A DNA stretch of 63,222 nt, filler included, from Candidatus Rokuibacteriota bacterium (GTDB lineage Bacteria; JAUVQV01; DATDCY01): the NCBI GenBank assembly GCA_031406795.1. It is 4 parts of 4 records of this genome, joined end to end, with 100 filler letters (N's around TTAATTAATTAA, not from the genome) between each part and the next. Parts side by side here need not be neighbours in the genome. Positions count along the whole stretch, not along the records: positions 1 to 21,991 come from JANOHV010000139.1; positions 22,092 to 44,799 come from JANOHV010000165.1; 2 more parts are not named here. The stretch is one strand, 5' to 3'. The notes below the pieces were generated by a model. It made no database searches. It worked only from the letters and a program-made list of their open reading frames with translations, and was not told the DNA's origin. This document shows positions 20,538 through 32,827 of the stretch, one piece after another. The position numbers and the translations under genes were made by a program. Each line of letters starts with the position of its first letter. Position 1 is the first letter of the stretch.

Positions 20538-20727
20538 TCACCGCACCTCTTGCGGTTATTATAACCCATATTCACCGCACAAGGGGGTACGGCGGCACCC
20601 CGAGCTGCGCAGCACCGCGTGGCCGCCTTCCAGGCTGTGCAGGGGTGATTGAAAGTGGGTGATTCCGAGCCTAAGATAGGAAGCATCGGGTGCCTGGACT
20701 TGCAGGCACCGGAAAGGAATGGACAGC

Positions 20728-20979
20728 ATGGCACAGGAAGAACTGTTAGATCGGATCACCGTGGACACGAAGATCTTCGGGGGAAAGCCTATTATTCGGG
20801 GGCGTCGTCTTGCCGTGGAGCACGTCGTGGAAATGCTTGCTGCCGGCGACACTCCGGAGACTATCCTCGAGGGTTATCCCTGGCTCGAGCGTGATGACAT
20901 TCGTGCCTGCCTGGCATACGCTCACCGACTCGTCGGACACGAGCGAATCGAGCCGCTCTCCCTCAAAGTCGGGGCGTGA
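20728..20979 (+). CDS. DUF433 antitoxin
   Basis: RITVDTKIFGGKPIIRGRRLAV..YPWLERDDIRACLAYA. Confidence 0.9.
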   Translation: MAQEELLDRITVDTKIFGGKPIIRGRRLAVEHVVEMLAAGDTPETILEGYPWLERDDIRACLAYAHRLVGHERIEPLSLKVGA

Positions 20980-21347
20980 AGCTCCTCCTCGACACCTGCG
21001 TTTCGGGCGTAGCCCGGCATGCCCTTGAAGCGGCTGGTCATGATGTCATCTGGTCCGCCGATTGGGACAGGGATCCCGGGGATGAAGAAATCCTTTCGCG
21101 CTCTCACGCTGAGGGCAGGATCCTCGTCACCGTCGACAAGGACTTCGGTGAGCTGGCAATCGTCCGCGGATACCCGCACTCGGGGATTGTACGTCTGGTA
21201 GGACTCCGTTCGGGGCAGCAGGGTCCGGTCTGCGGGGAAGTTCTCGAACGATACGGTGCCGAGCTCCAGAAGGGCGCGGCTGACCCAAGACTCTCCTTGA
21301 CACCCTGCTGGATTCCGCGGAGGCGGGTCGTGTCGAATTGTGCATGA
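20976..21347 (+). pseudogene. DUF5615 PIN-like toxin, C-terminus apparently replaced after ~21278
   Basis: MKLLLDTCV..DPGDEEIL..VTVDKDFGEL; the tail runs into unrelated vapC-derived DNA. Confidence 0.7.
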
Positions 21348-21449
21348 GCATGATCAATTTCGGCGAGGTTTGTTACGCAACGGCCAGGAAATCGGGGATC
21401 GCGAAGGCCCGCGAGGAGCGCAAGAGTCTGTTACAGTCGCCAATCCGCT
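21302..21449 (+). pseudogene. Internal fragment of a paralog of the vapC at 6803
   Basis: ELCMSMINFGEVCYATARKSGIAKAREERKSLLQSPIR versus ELWMSIINLGEVYYATARKSGIEKAREDRKSLMQSPIR. Confidence 0.8.
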
Positions 21450-21600
21450 CGAAAATGATCTCTCCCGCTTCCAGGGTTATCGCCCTGGCGGGACACAGCG
21501 CCACGCACTGCCCGCGAAGCTCGCGATCGGATCCTGCTTCAGGAATGGCTCCAGGAACTCCAGGAATTCGTCGCTCACCATCAGGCGCCGCATGGGCTTG

Positions 21601-21991
21601 CTAAACCGTCGCGGCGAGGACGCGCGACTCAGTGGGGCCCGTGAAGGGGAGCAGGCGCACGTCCCGGGCCCCGGCCCCGGCGAGCATCGCCGAAAGCTCG
21701 GAGAGCGAGTACGAACGCCCCTCGGCGGTGCCGGCAAGCATGTTGAGACTGAAAAGTGCCGGGAAAACCGGGCTCGTCCTGGAGTCGTCGAGGATGAACT
21801 CGTGCACGAGGAGCAGCCCGCCGGGCTCGAGCGCCCGCGCCGCCTTGCCGACGATCGCGCGGCACATCGAAGGGCCTTCGCCGTGCAGGATGTGCGAAAG
21901 CCACGCAACGTCGAAGCCGCCGGGGAGTTCGTCCACGGTGAAGTCGCCCCCCGTGAAGGAGACCCGGTCGCCGATGCCGGCCGCGCCGACG
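21601..21991 (-). CDS. Second copy of the O-methyltransferase (cut by contig end)
   Basis: Near-identical to 5462-5852 with scattered substitutions and a TAG rather than TGA stop. Confidence 0.88.
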
Positions 21992-22091
21992 NNNNNNNNN
22001 NNNNNNNNNNNNNNNNNNNNNNNNNNNNNNNNNNNTTAATTAATTAANNNNNNNNNNNNNNNNNNNNNNNNNNNNNNNNNNNNNNNNNNNN
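21992..22091. other. Artificial contig linker
   Basis: N-run + TTAATTAATTAA + N-run. Confidence 0.98.
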
Positions 22092-22677
22092 GGTCGGCGC
22101 CCCCGATCAGCCGGCAGGCGGCGGGGTTCGCGTAGAGAATCCGCTGGTCCTGGTCGATCTCGACGACGCCCTCTTCCATCATGGCGAGCATGGTGTCCAG
22201 GTGGCCCTTGATGTGGAGCAGTTCGCGCGTCATCTCGCGCGGGTAGAGTTTTTCGACGCCGAGCACGACGTTGCGGGTTTCCCCCGCGGTCGCGCGGTTC
22301 TCGAGCCAGCGGAAGGTCTCGAAGATGTGCTTCATCGTGTCTTCGATTCGCCCCTTGGCGATGTAGGCGTCGGCGCCGAACGCCAGGATGGTGCCCTCGT
22401 CCTCGCTGGCGATCCCGGTCAGGATGATGATCGGGATTGCGGCGTAGAGTTCGTCCATCTTGAGAAAGCGCGTCAGGCGCTGGCCGTCGAGACGCGGCAT
22501 GATCAGATCGAGCAGGATGGCGTCGGGGAGCTGTTTGGTCTCGACGAGACGGTCGAGCGCCTGGAGCCCGTCGAAGGCCTTCGAGACTTCGTACCCCGCG
22601 CGGGTCAGGTGATCGGAAACCAATTCCACAATGGTGGCGTTGTTGTCGACAACGAGGACTTTGCGGATCTTCGTCAT
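22092..22677 (-). CDS. Response-regulator receiver + PAS signalling protein (partial)
   Basis: KVLVVDNN, PDAILLDLIMPRLDG, GADAYIAK, then ILYANPAAC. Confidence 0.85.
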
Positions 22678-22757
22678 GGTCGCGGCGATCTTAGTGACCA
22701 CCGGTGCGGGTGTCAATGCCGGCGAGTGGCCTGCGGCGCACCCCGGCGGCGCGCGGC

Positions 22758-23555
22758 TCAGCCGCCGGCGCCGCCGTGCTGCCGCTCGTGCCGCGTTCCC
22801 GCGACGATGAACCGGTGTTCGTGGTCCCGCCGCAGCGAGTAGGGGACTTCGAGCCGGTGGCGTTCCATCAGGGGGGCGTCCGAGAGAATGTCGAGTGCGG
22901 GCCCGTCGGCGACCACCCGGCCGGCGTCGAGCACCACCACGCGCGGGCAGAGGTCGAGGACCATCTCCAGGTCGTGGGTGGTGACGAGCTTGGCCTGGGG
23001 CAGCGCCGCGAGCTGCCTGATCAGCGCGCGCCGCCCGGCCGGGTCGAGGTTGCTCGAGGGCTCGTCGAGCAGCAGCAGATCCGGGCCCATGGCGAGCACG
23101 CCGGCCAGCGCCGCCGAGCGTTTCTGGCCGCCGGAGAGGTGGCCGGGGAACTTGCACTCGAGCCCGGCGAGGCCCACTCCCGCCAGCGCCGAGGTCACCC
23201 GGCGGCGCACCTCGTCCTCGGGGAGGCCGAGGTTCAGCGGCCCGAACGCCACGTCGTCGAACACGGTCGCCATGAAGAGCTGATCGTCGGGGCTCTGGAA
23301 GACCAGTCCCACGCGCCGGCGGATTTCCTGAAGCGTCGGGTGACCGACCTCGGTGCCGAAGACGCGCACGGAGCCCGACGCGGGGTGCAGGAAACCGACA
23401 ACGTTGAGCGCGAGCGTCGATTTTCCGGCGCCATTGGGGCCCACGAGGCCGACCGTCTCGCCCGCGGCGATGACGAGGTCGACCCCGCGCAGAGCGTCCG
23501 TCCCGTCGGGGTAGCGGTGGGTGAGCCCCCGCAGCTCGAGCGCCGGGGTGCTCAT
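22758..23555 (-). CDS. cbiO: ECF Co/Ni transporter ATPase
   Basis: GPNGAGKST, VFQSPDDQLF, LSGGQK and LLDEP. Confidence 0.9.
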   Translation of the reverse strand: MSTPALELRGLTHRYPDGTDALRGVDLVIAAGETVGLVGPNGAGKSTLALNVVGFLHPASGSVRVFGTEVGHPTLQEIRRRVGLVFQSPDDQLFMATVFDDVAFGPLNLGLPEDEVRRRVTSALAGVGLAGLECKFPGHLSGGQKRSAALAGVLAMGPDLLLLDEPSSNLDPAGRRALIRQLAALPQAKLVTTHDLEMVLDLCPRVVVLDAGRVVADGPALDILSDAPLMERHRLEVPYSLRRDHEHRFIVAGTRHERQHGGAGG

Positions 23556-24352
23556 CGAACCGTCCCCGGGCTCCCGAGGGCGCCAAGCCAGAGCGTCACG
23601 GGCAACAGGCGCAACACCAGGGCGCCGCCGGCGACGCCGGCGAGAAAGAACGCATCCGCCCGGCGGAAGTGCAGCGTGCGCAGCTGGCGGATCGTGCCGT
23701 CGAAGCCGCGGGCGGCCATTGCCTGGTAGATGCGCTCGGCGCGGTCGAGCGTGCGGGTGAAGAGCACCCCCATCGCCGCGGCGGCGACGCGCAGCGTGCG
23801 CCCCCGGGCGCCGATCCCGCGCAGATCGCGGGCCCGGCGCAGACGCCCGGACTCCTCGGCGAGGAGGAAAAGGTAGCGGTAGAGAAAGAGCAGTTGCACG
23901 ACGAATGCGCGGGGCACCCGCAGCGCCGTGAGACCCTGGCAGAGGGCGGGAAAGCTCGTCGTCGCGGTCAGCACGAGCGCCGCGCTCATGGTGAGGGCGA
24001 AGCGAGCCAGGATCGAGGCGAACGAGACCCAGCCGGCGCTGAGCGCGACCGGGCCGAGCAGGACTCCGGGCGCGCGGTCGAGCAGCGGGTTGAACAAGCC
24101 GATCATGATCGCAAAAGGCGAGACGATCGCCACGCGCCGGAGGATCAGCCCCAGGGGGATGCCGCCGACGCCGGCGAGCAGGAGCGGGAAAAATACGAAC
24201 GGCACGAGCGCGGAAACCTCGTACTTCGGAAACGAGACGACCGCCACGACGAAAACCAGGGTTGCCAGCAGTTTGGCGCGCGGGTCCAGGCGATGCGCCG
24301 GCGAGTCCCGGTACGACAACCGGTCGAGGCGGTCGGCTTCGTAGCAGCTCAT
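23552..24352 (-). CDS. cbiQ: ECF Co/Ni transporter T component
   Basis: HRLDPRAKL, YRYLFLL and RAERIYQAMAARGFDG. Confidence 0.9.
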   Translation of the reverse strand: MSCYEADRLDRLSYRDSPAHRLDPRAKLLATLVFVVAVVSFPKYEVSALVPFVFFPLLLAGVGGIPLGLILRRVAIVSPFAIMIGLFNPLLDRAPGVLLGPVALSAGWVSFASILARFALTMSAALVLTATTSFPALCQGLTALRVPRAFVVQLLFLYRYLFLLAEESGRLRRARDLRGIGARGRTLRVAAAAMGVLFTRTLDRAERIYQAMAARGFDGTIRQLRTLHFRRADAFFLAGVAGGALVLRLLPVTLWLGALGSPGTVR

Positions 24353-24771
24353 GGGAGAGACGCCGTGCCTGCGCTGCGGCCGGTCGCGGGGAATTCGTGC
24401 TCCTCGATCGCTCTTTGTTTCACGCGCCCTCCCTCCGAGTCACGCCTGATACTACGCTGCTTCCCCGGCGGTGTTACATATCTCCCTTAAGGTAGCACGG
24501 ACGTGGCGGCAACAACAGCACCGGAAAACGATTTTTCACCACGAGAGGATGGCTCCGAATCTGGGCGGCGCGCTCGACCACGATGTCGTCGCCCAGATGA
24601 CACGCAACCGCGCAGAGGCCGCGATGATCCGCCGGCTGGCACAGGAGGGCGCCTCAGGGCGCTACCTGGCCTTCCGGGAGCAGGCGCCGGCAGTCGCCTC
24701 CCGGGACACCGCCGCCTGATTTCCGCCGGCGCCGAGATCTGCTACCATCACCCGTATCGTGGAGTGTGCGG

Positions 24772-25176
24772 ATGACCGGCGGCATTGAAAATCGCCGACA
24801 CTTGCGCTTGAGCGCCATGGGGCCGGTCGAGGTCGTGGTGCAGGGCGGCGCTGCGCAGGGCGCCTACCTCGCGAGCATCGGCCGGGGCGGCCTCGGGCTG
24901 TATCTGCACCAGACGATCCGTCCCGGCCAGCTTCTGCTGGTTGGCCTGCATTTGCTCGTGGCGCAAGGCGATCCCGAGGACCTGAAGGTCGTCGCCCGGG
25001 TGCGGTGGGCCAGGGAAGTTGCGCCGCTGTGGATGGCCGGCCTCGAGTTCGAGCGGATGTCCGATACCCGGTACAAGCGCCTGCTGGATCATCTGCACAT
25101 CATCGAAGCGTTGCAACTCGGCGATGCGCGGATCGAAGTGCCGGCGACGAGGGTGCGTTTCAGCGTGAAGGAGTGA
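24772..25176 (+). CDS. PilZ domain protein
   Basis: [20 protein letters not shown] and AGLEF. Confidence 0.7.
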   Translation: MTGGIENRRHLRLSAMGPVEVVVQGGAAQGAYLASIGRGGLGLYLHQTIRPGQLLLVGLHLLVAQGDPEDLKVVARVRWAREVAPLWMAGLEFERMSDTRYKRLLDHLHIIEALQLGDARIEVPATRVRFSVKE

Positions 25177-25477
25177 GTCCGGCCCCGGGGGCGAGGGTCA
25201 CCAGCGTCGCCCCCCAGCTGCCGGCGTCGGCTCCGGCCAGACCGTAGCGCAGAACCCCGGCGTCCCGCTCGAGCAGTGCGTGAACCGTGCGCCGCAATGT
25301 CCCGTCCCCCTTGCCGTGGATGATCCGCACCTCGAGGATGCCGCGCTCCCGGCATGCGGCGAGATACTCGGGGACGAGGTCGCGGAGATCGCGGGGGTGA
25401 AAGGTGTGCAGGTCAAGGACGCCGTCGATCGGAATCTCGACCGGCGCGGACCCGCCGTCACCCGGAGGCAGTTGCAC
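25160..25477 (-). CDS. Smr/MutS2 domain protein
   Basis: [28 protein letters not shown]; start uncertain. Confidence 0.88.
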   Translation of the reverse strand: MQLPPGDGGSAPVEIPIDGVLDLHTFHPRDLRDLVPEYLAACRERGILEVRIIHGKGDGTLRRTVHALLERDAGVLRYGLAGADAGSWGATLVTLAPGAGLTPSR

Positions 25478-25532
25478 GTCCGCCGAACACGTTTTCCTGG
25501 AACGCTCTTCGGGAACTTGCCACCCTGGAATA

Positions 25533-25750
25533 CCCGTTGGGCGGAGGGGTGGCGCGGAGGGGAGGTCTCCGTCGGCGGAACGAAGTGAGCACAATGAGGA
25601 AGTGCAAGCCTCGCTTCTCCGGCGCGCGATCCGATCGCGGGCCGAACGAGACCGTGAGCACCGAACGCAGGGCGCTGCCAGTCGACAATGAAGCGAATGG
25701 TCGAGTTGGATGGACGGTCCGCAGCGTCAGGACCCCGCAGCCTGCACGGG
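25533..25750. repeat. Structured intergenic repeat family R1, copy 1
   Basis: GGGGTGGCGCGGAGGGGAGGTCTCC..GTCCGCAGCGTCAGGACCCCGCAGCC also occurs at 58659 and 60131. Confidence 0.85.
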
Positions 25751-25800
25751 GCCGAGAGGTGTTGTCCAAGTCGGGATCCGGGCCCATTTCAACGCACGGC

Positions 25801-27474
<1,674 letters not shown>

Positions 27475-27482
27475 GGACGGGA

Positions 27483-28292
27483 TCATACCACCCCGGGTGT
27501 GAGGAGCGTCGCGAGGCGCAGGAAACCCTCGAGGGGGATCTCTTCGGCGCGGGCCCGCTCCGTCAGCCCGAGCGCCGCGAGGCCGACGGCGAGCGCCTCC
27601 GGCGTGATCGGCCGGGGCGAGATCGCGGCGGAGTTGAGGAAGGTCTTGCGCCGGTACGCGAAGCCCGCGCGCAGCAGGTGTTCGAACGTCCGCTCCTGCT
27701 CCGGGGGCAGCAGCGGTTCGCCGCGGGGCACCAGCCGTACCACGGCGGACTCGACCGCGGGCGGCGGGACGAAGGCGCGGCGCGGCACCGTGCAGACGAG
27801 CGCCGCCTCGGCGCGGTACTGCGTCGCCAGCGACAGCGAACCGTACGCGGGGTCGCCCGGCCCGGCGACGAGGCGCCGTCCGACCTCTTTCTGGAACATC
27901 AGTACGTGCAGCGTGAACATGCCGCGCCGCGCAAGCAGACGCTCCAGCACGGCCGTCGCGATGTTGTAAGGCAAATTCGAGACGCACTTCAACGGCGCGC
28001 GGGAGGCGAGGGTCCCCAGGTCGAATTGCAGGATGTCGGCAGCGACGATTTCGACGCTGCCGCCGGCGGGGAACATCTCGTGCAGGCGGCTCATGCGGCG
28101 CTGGTCGGTCTCGAGTGCGATCAGCCGGCCGCAGGCGCGGGCCAGCGGCGCGGTGAGCGTGGCGTCCCCGGCGCCGATTTCCAGGACGCTGTCTTCCGGG
28201 CAGAGTCCGGCCGCGTCGAGGATCTGCTCGAGGACGGCCCGGTCGCGCAGGAAGTGCTGGCCGAGGGATTTTTTCGCGCGCAGGGACCCCAT
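27483..28292 (-). CDS. rsmA: 16S rRNA dimethyladenosine transferase
   Basis: KKSLGQHFL, LEIGAG and SNLPYNI. Confidence 0.95.
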   Translation of the reverse strand: MGSLRAKKSLGQHFLRDRAVLEQILDAAGLCPEDSVLEIGAGDATLTAPLARACGRLIALETDQRRMSRLHEMFPAGGSVEIVAADILQFDLGTLASRAPLKCVSNLPYNIATAVLERLLARRGMFTLHVLMFQKEVGRRLVAGPGDPAYGSLSLATQYRAEAALVCTVPRRAFVPPPAVESAVVRLVPRGEPLLPPEQERTFEHLLRAGFAYRRKTFLNSAAISPRPITPEALAVGLAALGLTERARAEEIPLEGFLRLATLLTPGVV

Positions 28293-29286
28293 CAGGGTCG
28301 CCGGTTGCGCGCCATCGTCGCCGCGAGTTCCACCGCCGCCAGCAGGCTCTCGGCGCTGGCGAGACCCTTGCCGGCGATGTCGAAGGCCGTCCCGTGGTCG
28401 ACCGAGGTGCGGATGATCGGCAGGCCGAGCGTCAGATTGACCCCCGTGTCGAAGGCGAGCGTCTTCAGCGGCCCGAGCCCCTGGTCATGGTACATCGCGA
28501 CCACGGCGGCGAACTCGCCGCGCGCGGCGCGGAAGAAGATGGTGTCGGCGGGGTAGGGGCCGCTCACCGGCAAACCTTTTTTCGCCAGCGCCCGCACCAC
28601 GGGCGCGATCACGCGCCGCTCCTCGTCGCCCATGATCCCGGCCTCTCCCGCGTGCGGGTTCAGGCCGCACACGGCAATCTTCGAGTCGGCCAGGCGCAGG
28701 CCCAGGCGCCGCACGGCGTCCCAGGTCAACTCAACGACTTCACGGACGCCGCGGGCGGTGATCAGCGACGGCACCTGCGCGAGCGGGACATGAATGGTTG
28801 CCAGACTCACACGCAGCGGACCGCCGACGAGCATCATCGCATGCCGCTTCGCACCCGTGAGGGCGGCGAGCATCTCGGTGTGCCCGGGAAACGGACTCCC
28901 CGCCGCCCGGATGGCCTCCTTGCTGATCGGCGCCGTGACGATCGCGTCGACGCGCCGATCGAGGGCCAGGCGGATCGCCCCGGTGATGGCCGCGATCGCG
29001 GCGCGCCCCCCGACGGCACCCGCGCGCCCGAACGGCGGGATGCGGTCGCGCTCCGGGCCGGTCTCGACCAGCGGGCAGCGCGAGCGCGTCGCGGTCGGGA
29101 AGGCCGCGCCGGCCGGCTGGAACTCGATGCTGCTGCCGCTCGCGCGGGCTGCCGCCTGCATCACGGGCAGGCGGCCGACGACAACCGGCCGGCAGGCACG
29201 CCAGAGTCGGGGTGAGGCGAGCGCCTTGACGATGATCTCCGGGCCGATGCCGGCCGGGTCGCCCATCGTGACCGCGAGGATCGGTT

Positions 29287-29290
<4 letters not shown>
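28292..29290 (-). CDS. pdxA: 4-hydroxythreonine-4-phosphate dehydrogenase
   Basis: MGDPAGIGPE, LNPHAGE, MYHDQG and RTSVDHGTA. Confidence 0.95.
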
Positions 29291-30477
<1,187 letters not shown>

Positions 30478-30489
30478 GTGCGACCGGCC

Positions 30490-30816
30490 CTAGAGGTTCT
30501 TCGTGATCATCTGGGCGATCTCCTGACGGGAGTGCACGCCCACCATCTGCTCCTTGATTTCCCCGCCTTTGATCAGCAGCAGCGTGGGAATGCCCCGGAC
30601 GCCGTATTTGCCGGCGGTGGCCTTGTTCTCGTCGACGTTGACCTTGGCGATCTTGGCCTTGCCGGCGAACTCCGCTCCCAACTCCTCGAGCGTCGGCGCG
30701 ATCATCTTGCAGGGGACGCACCAGGCGGCCCAGAAGTCGACCAGGACGGGCACGTCGGACTTGAGGACTTCCTGCTCGAAATTCTGGTCGGTTGCGGCAA
30801 AGGTGTGATCGCCCAT
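30490..30816 (-). CDS. trxA: Thioredoxin
   Basis: VLVDFWAAWCVPC and RGIPTL. Confidence 0.93.
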   Translation of the reverse strand: MGDHTFAATDQNFEQEVLKSDVPVLVDFWAAWCVPCKMIAPTLEELGAEFAGKAKIAKVNVDENKATAGKYGVRGIPTLLLIKGGEIKEQMVGVHSRQEIAQMITKNL

Positions 30817-30865
30817 CGGTGGTTCCTCCCGTTGTTCCGTTGTTGGCGCGGTGTCGGACTTATCA

Positions 30866-31756
30866 TCACAGCTGCTTTTCGAGAATTTCCGTGCCGATGC
30901 CGCGCTCGGTGAACATCTCGAGCAGGATTGCGTGCTCGAGCCGCCCGTCGATGACGTGGGTCTGCTGCACGCCGCCCTCGAGCGCCTGCAGGCAGTAGTT
31001 GACCTTCGGGATCATCCCGCCGGTGATCACTCCCTGGCGGATCATCTTCGCAGTCTTGGCGCGGTCGAGGGTCGGGAGCAGCGCGCCGTCCTTGTCGAGG
31101 ACCCCCTCGCAGTCGGTCAGGTAGATGAGCTTCTGCGCTTTCAGCGCGGCGGCGACGGCGGCCGCGGCGGTGTCGGCGTTCAGGTTGTAGGTGAGCCCTT
31201 CGGCGTCGACGCCGATCGGCGAGATGACCGGGATGAAGTCCCACTCCTCGAGCGCGCGAATCACGTCGGGGTCGACCGCCGTGACCTCGCCGACCAGGCC
31301 GATGTCGATCAGTTCGGATTCCTCGGAGCCGGCGCGCGCGACCTTCAGCTTCTTGCGCCGCGCCTGCAGCAGGAAACCGTCCTTGCCGGAGAGGCCGACC
31401 GCCTTGCCCCCCGCCCGCTGGATCTCGGAGACGATGCCCTTGCTGACCTTGCCGGCGAGGACCATCTCGACGATGTCCATGGTTTCCTCGTCGGTGATCC
31501 GGTGGCCGTCGACGAAGCGCGGCTTGAGCCCCATGCGCTCCATGACGGCGCCGATCTGCGGGCCGCCGCCGTGGACCACGACCGGGTTGATCCCCATGTA
31601 CTTGAGAAAGACCACGTCCTCGGCGAACAGCTGCCGGAGTTCGGGGCTGACCATCGCGTGACCGCCGTACTTGATGACGACGGTAGTGCCGGCGAACTTG
31701 CGGATGTACGGGAGTGTCTCGAAGAGGATGTTGATCTTCTCGATCTGCTTATTCAC
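30866..31756 (-). CDS. argB: Acetylglutamate kinase
   Basis: VIKYGGHAM, VHGGGPQI, NLNAD and GGMIPK. Confidence 0.95.
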   Translation of the reverse strand: MNKQIEKINILFETLPYIRKFAGTTVVIKYGGHAMVSPELRQLFAEDVVFLKYMGINPVVVHGGGPQIGAVMERMGLKPRFVDGHRITDEETMDIVEMVLAGKVSKGIVSEIQRAGGKAVGLSGKDGFLLQARRKKLKVARAGSEESELIDIGLVGEVTAVDPDVIRALEEWDFIPVISPIGVDAEGLTYNLNADTAAAAVAAALKAQKLIYLTDCEGVLDKDGALLPTLDRAKTAKMIRQGVITGGMIPKVNYCLQALEGGVQQTHVIDGRLEHAILLEMFTERGIGTEILEKQL

Positions 31757-31843
31757 CGTGGCACCCCCCGCCGCACCCCGCAGCGCGGCAAAGTCTAACA
31801 CCCGCCCCCCGGGGCGACAAGCTTCGACCCGACGGCAACCGGA

Positions 31844-32425
31844 CTATTTGAAGCGGCTCGCGACCGTCTCCCAGTTGATGTTCTTCATGAACGCTTCGAC
31901 ATAATCCGCGCGCTTGAGGCCGTAGTCGACCATGAACGCGTGCTCGAAGACGTCCATCACGAGAATCGGGGTGCAACCGGCGGGGTTGGCCACGTCGTGC
32001 TCGTTGACCCAGAAGTTCACCAGGCGCTCGCCGTCCTGGTAGAGCACGACCCAGCCGATGCCGCGCATCGTGCCGGCGGCGCGAAAATCCTTCTCCCAGT
32101 CCGCGGCGCTGCCGAAGGCCGCGGCCAGCTTCTTCTCGACGGCCGGGAAGGCCGACAACGGCTTGGTGCCGCCGAGGTTCTCGAAGTACAGCTCGTGCAG
32201 CCGCATGCCGTTGAACTCCCAGCCGAGCCGCCGCTTGAGTTCGGAGTACTCGGGGGAGGGCGGCACGGCGACCTTGCCGTCCTTGAGCATTGCCGCGAGC
32301 GTGTCGAGAACCTTGTTGGTGTTGGTCACATAGCCCTGATAGAGGGTGAAGTGGTTCTTGAGCAGGGTTTCCGAGAACCCGGCCATGCCGACGAGCTTCG
32401 CATAGTCCTTGGCCGCATACGTCAT
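31844..32425 (-). CDS. Fe/Mn superoxide dismutase family protein
   Basis: HFTLYQGYV, NGMRLHELYFENL and MDVFEHAF. Confidence 0.9.
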   Translation of the reverse strand: MTYAAKDYAKLVGMAGFSETLLKNHFTLYQGYVTNTNKVLDTLAAMLKDGKVAVPPSPEYSELKRRLGWEFNGMRLHELYFENLGGTKPLSAFPAVEKKLAAAFGSAADWEKDFRAAGTMRGIGWVVLYQDGERLVNFWVNEHDVANPAGCTPILVMDVFEHAFMVDYGLKRADYVEAFMKNINWETVASRFK

Positions 32426-32528
32426 CGCTTGCCTCCCGTTGGTGATGGTTGTCGACGGTCGATGCGTTAATTTGTAATCCTTTCCCGTCCGGTGTGCAAC
32501 ACCCCGGCCATTCGCTCCGGCGGCGCTG

Positions 32529-32557
32529 TTGACGGTTGAGTGCGCTTCGGGCATAGT
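32529..32557 (+). promoter_or_regulatory. Putative sigma70 promoter of the tRNA
   Basis: TTGACG-17 nt-CATAGT. Confidence 0.5.
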
Positions 32558-32577
32558 GCGCCTCGTTGGATTGCATC

Positions 32578-32653
32578 GCGCCCGTAGCTCAGGGGATAGA
32601 GCACAGCGCTCCGAACGCTGGGGTCGCAGGTTCGATTCCTGCCGGGCGCACCA
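32578..32653 (+). tRNA. tRNA-Arg(CCG)
   Basis: Full cloverleaf GCGCCCG..CAGCG-CTCCGAA-CGCTG..GGTTCGATTCC..CGGGCGCACCA. Confidence 0.97.
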
Positions 32654-32655
32654 CC

Positions 32656-32782
32656 CGCAAGTCGCTGAAAAGGGCCCATCTGCGGCGTTGGGCTTCGCCC
32701 TTCGTCACTGCGGCGTGCAGCAGCACGCCTCATTCCTCAGGACTCGCCCGCCTTGCACCTGGACCCTTTTGAGCAACTTGCG
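32656..32782. repeat. MITE/REP-like inverted-repeat element R3
   Basis: Ends CGCAAGTCGCTGAAAAGGG / CCCTTTTGAGCAACTTGCG; related reversed copy at ~45071-45191. Confidence 0.7.
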
Positions 32783-32827
32783 CATTCAGAAGGTAATAAT
32801 CGATGATACAGCGAACTGATCCGCAGC

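Noticed and set aside
21477..21594. Possible RES-toxin N-terminal stub; also faint PIN (~18300-18370) and DUF433 (~10380-10420) traces
   Set aside because: Too short and degenerate to support by eye.
22036..22047. TTAATTAATTAA as a biological motif
   Set aside because: Identical linker inside N-runs at all three gaps; an assembly artefact.
30490..30816. WCVPC instead of WCGPC in thioredoxin
   Set aside because: Minor active-site variant; no evidence of novelty.
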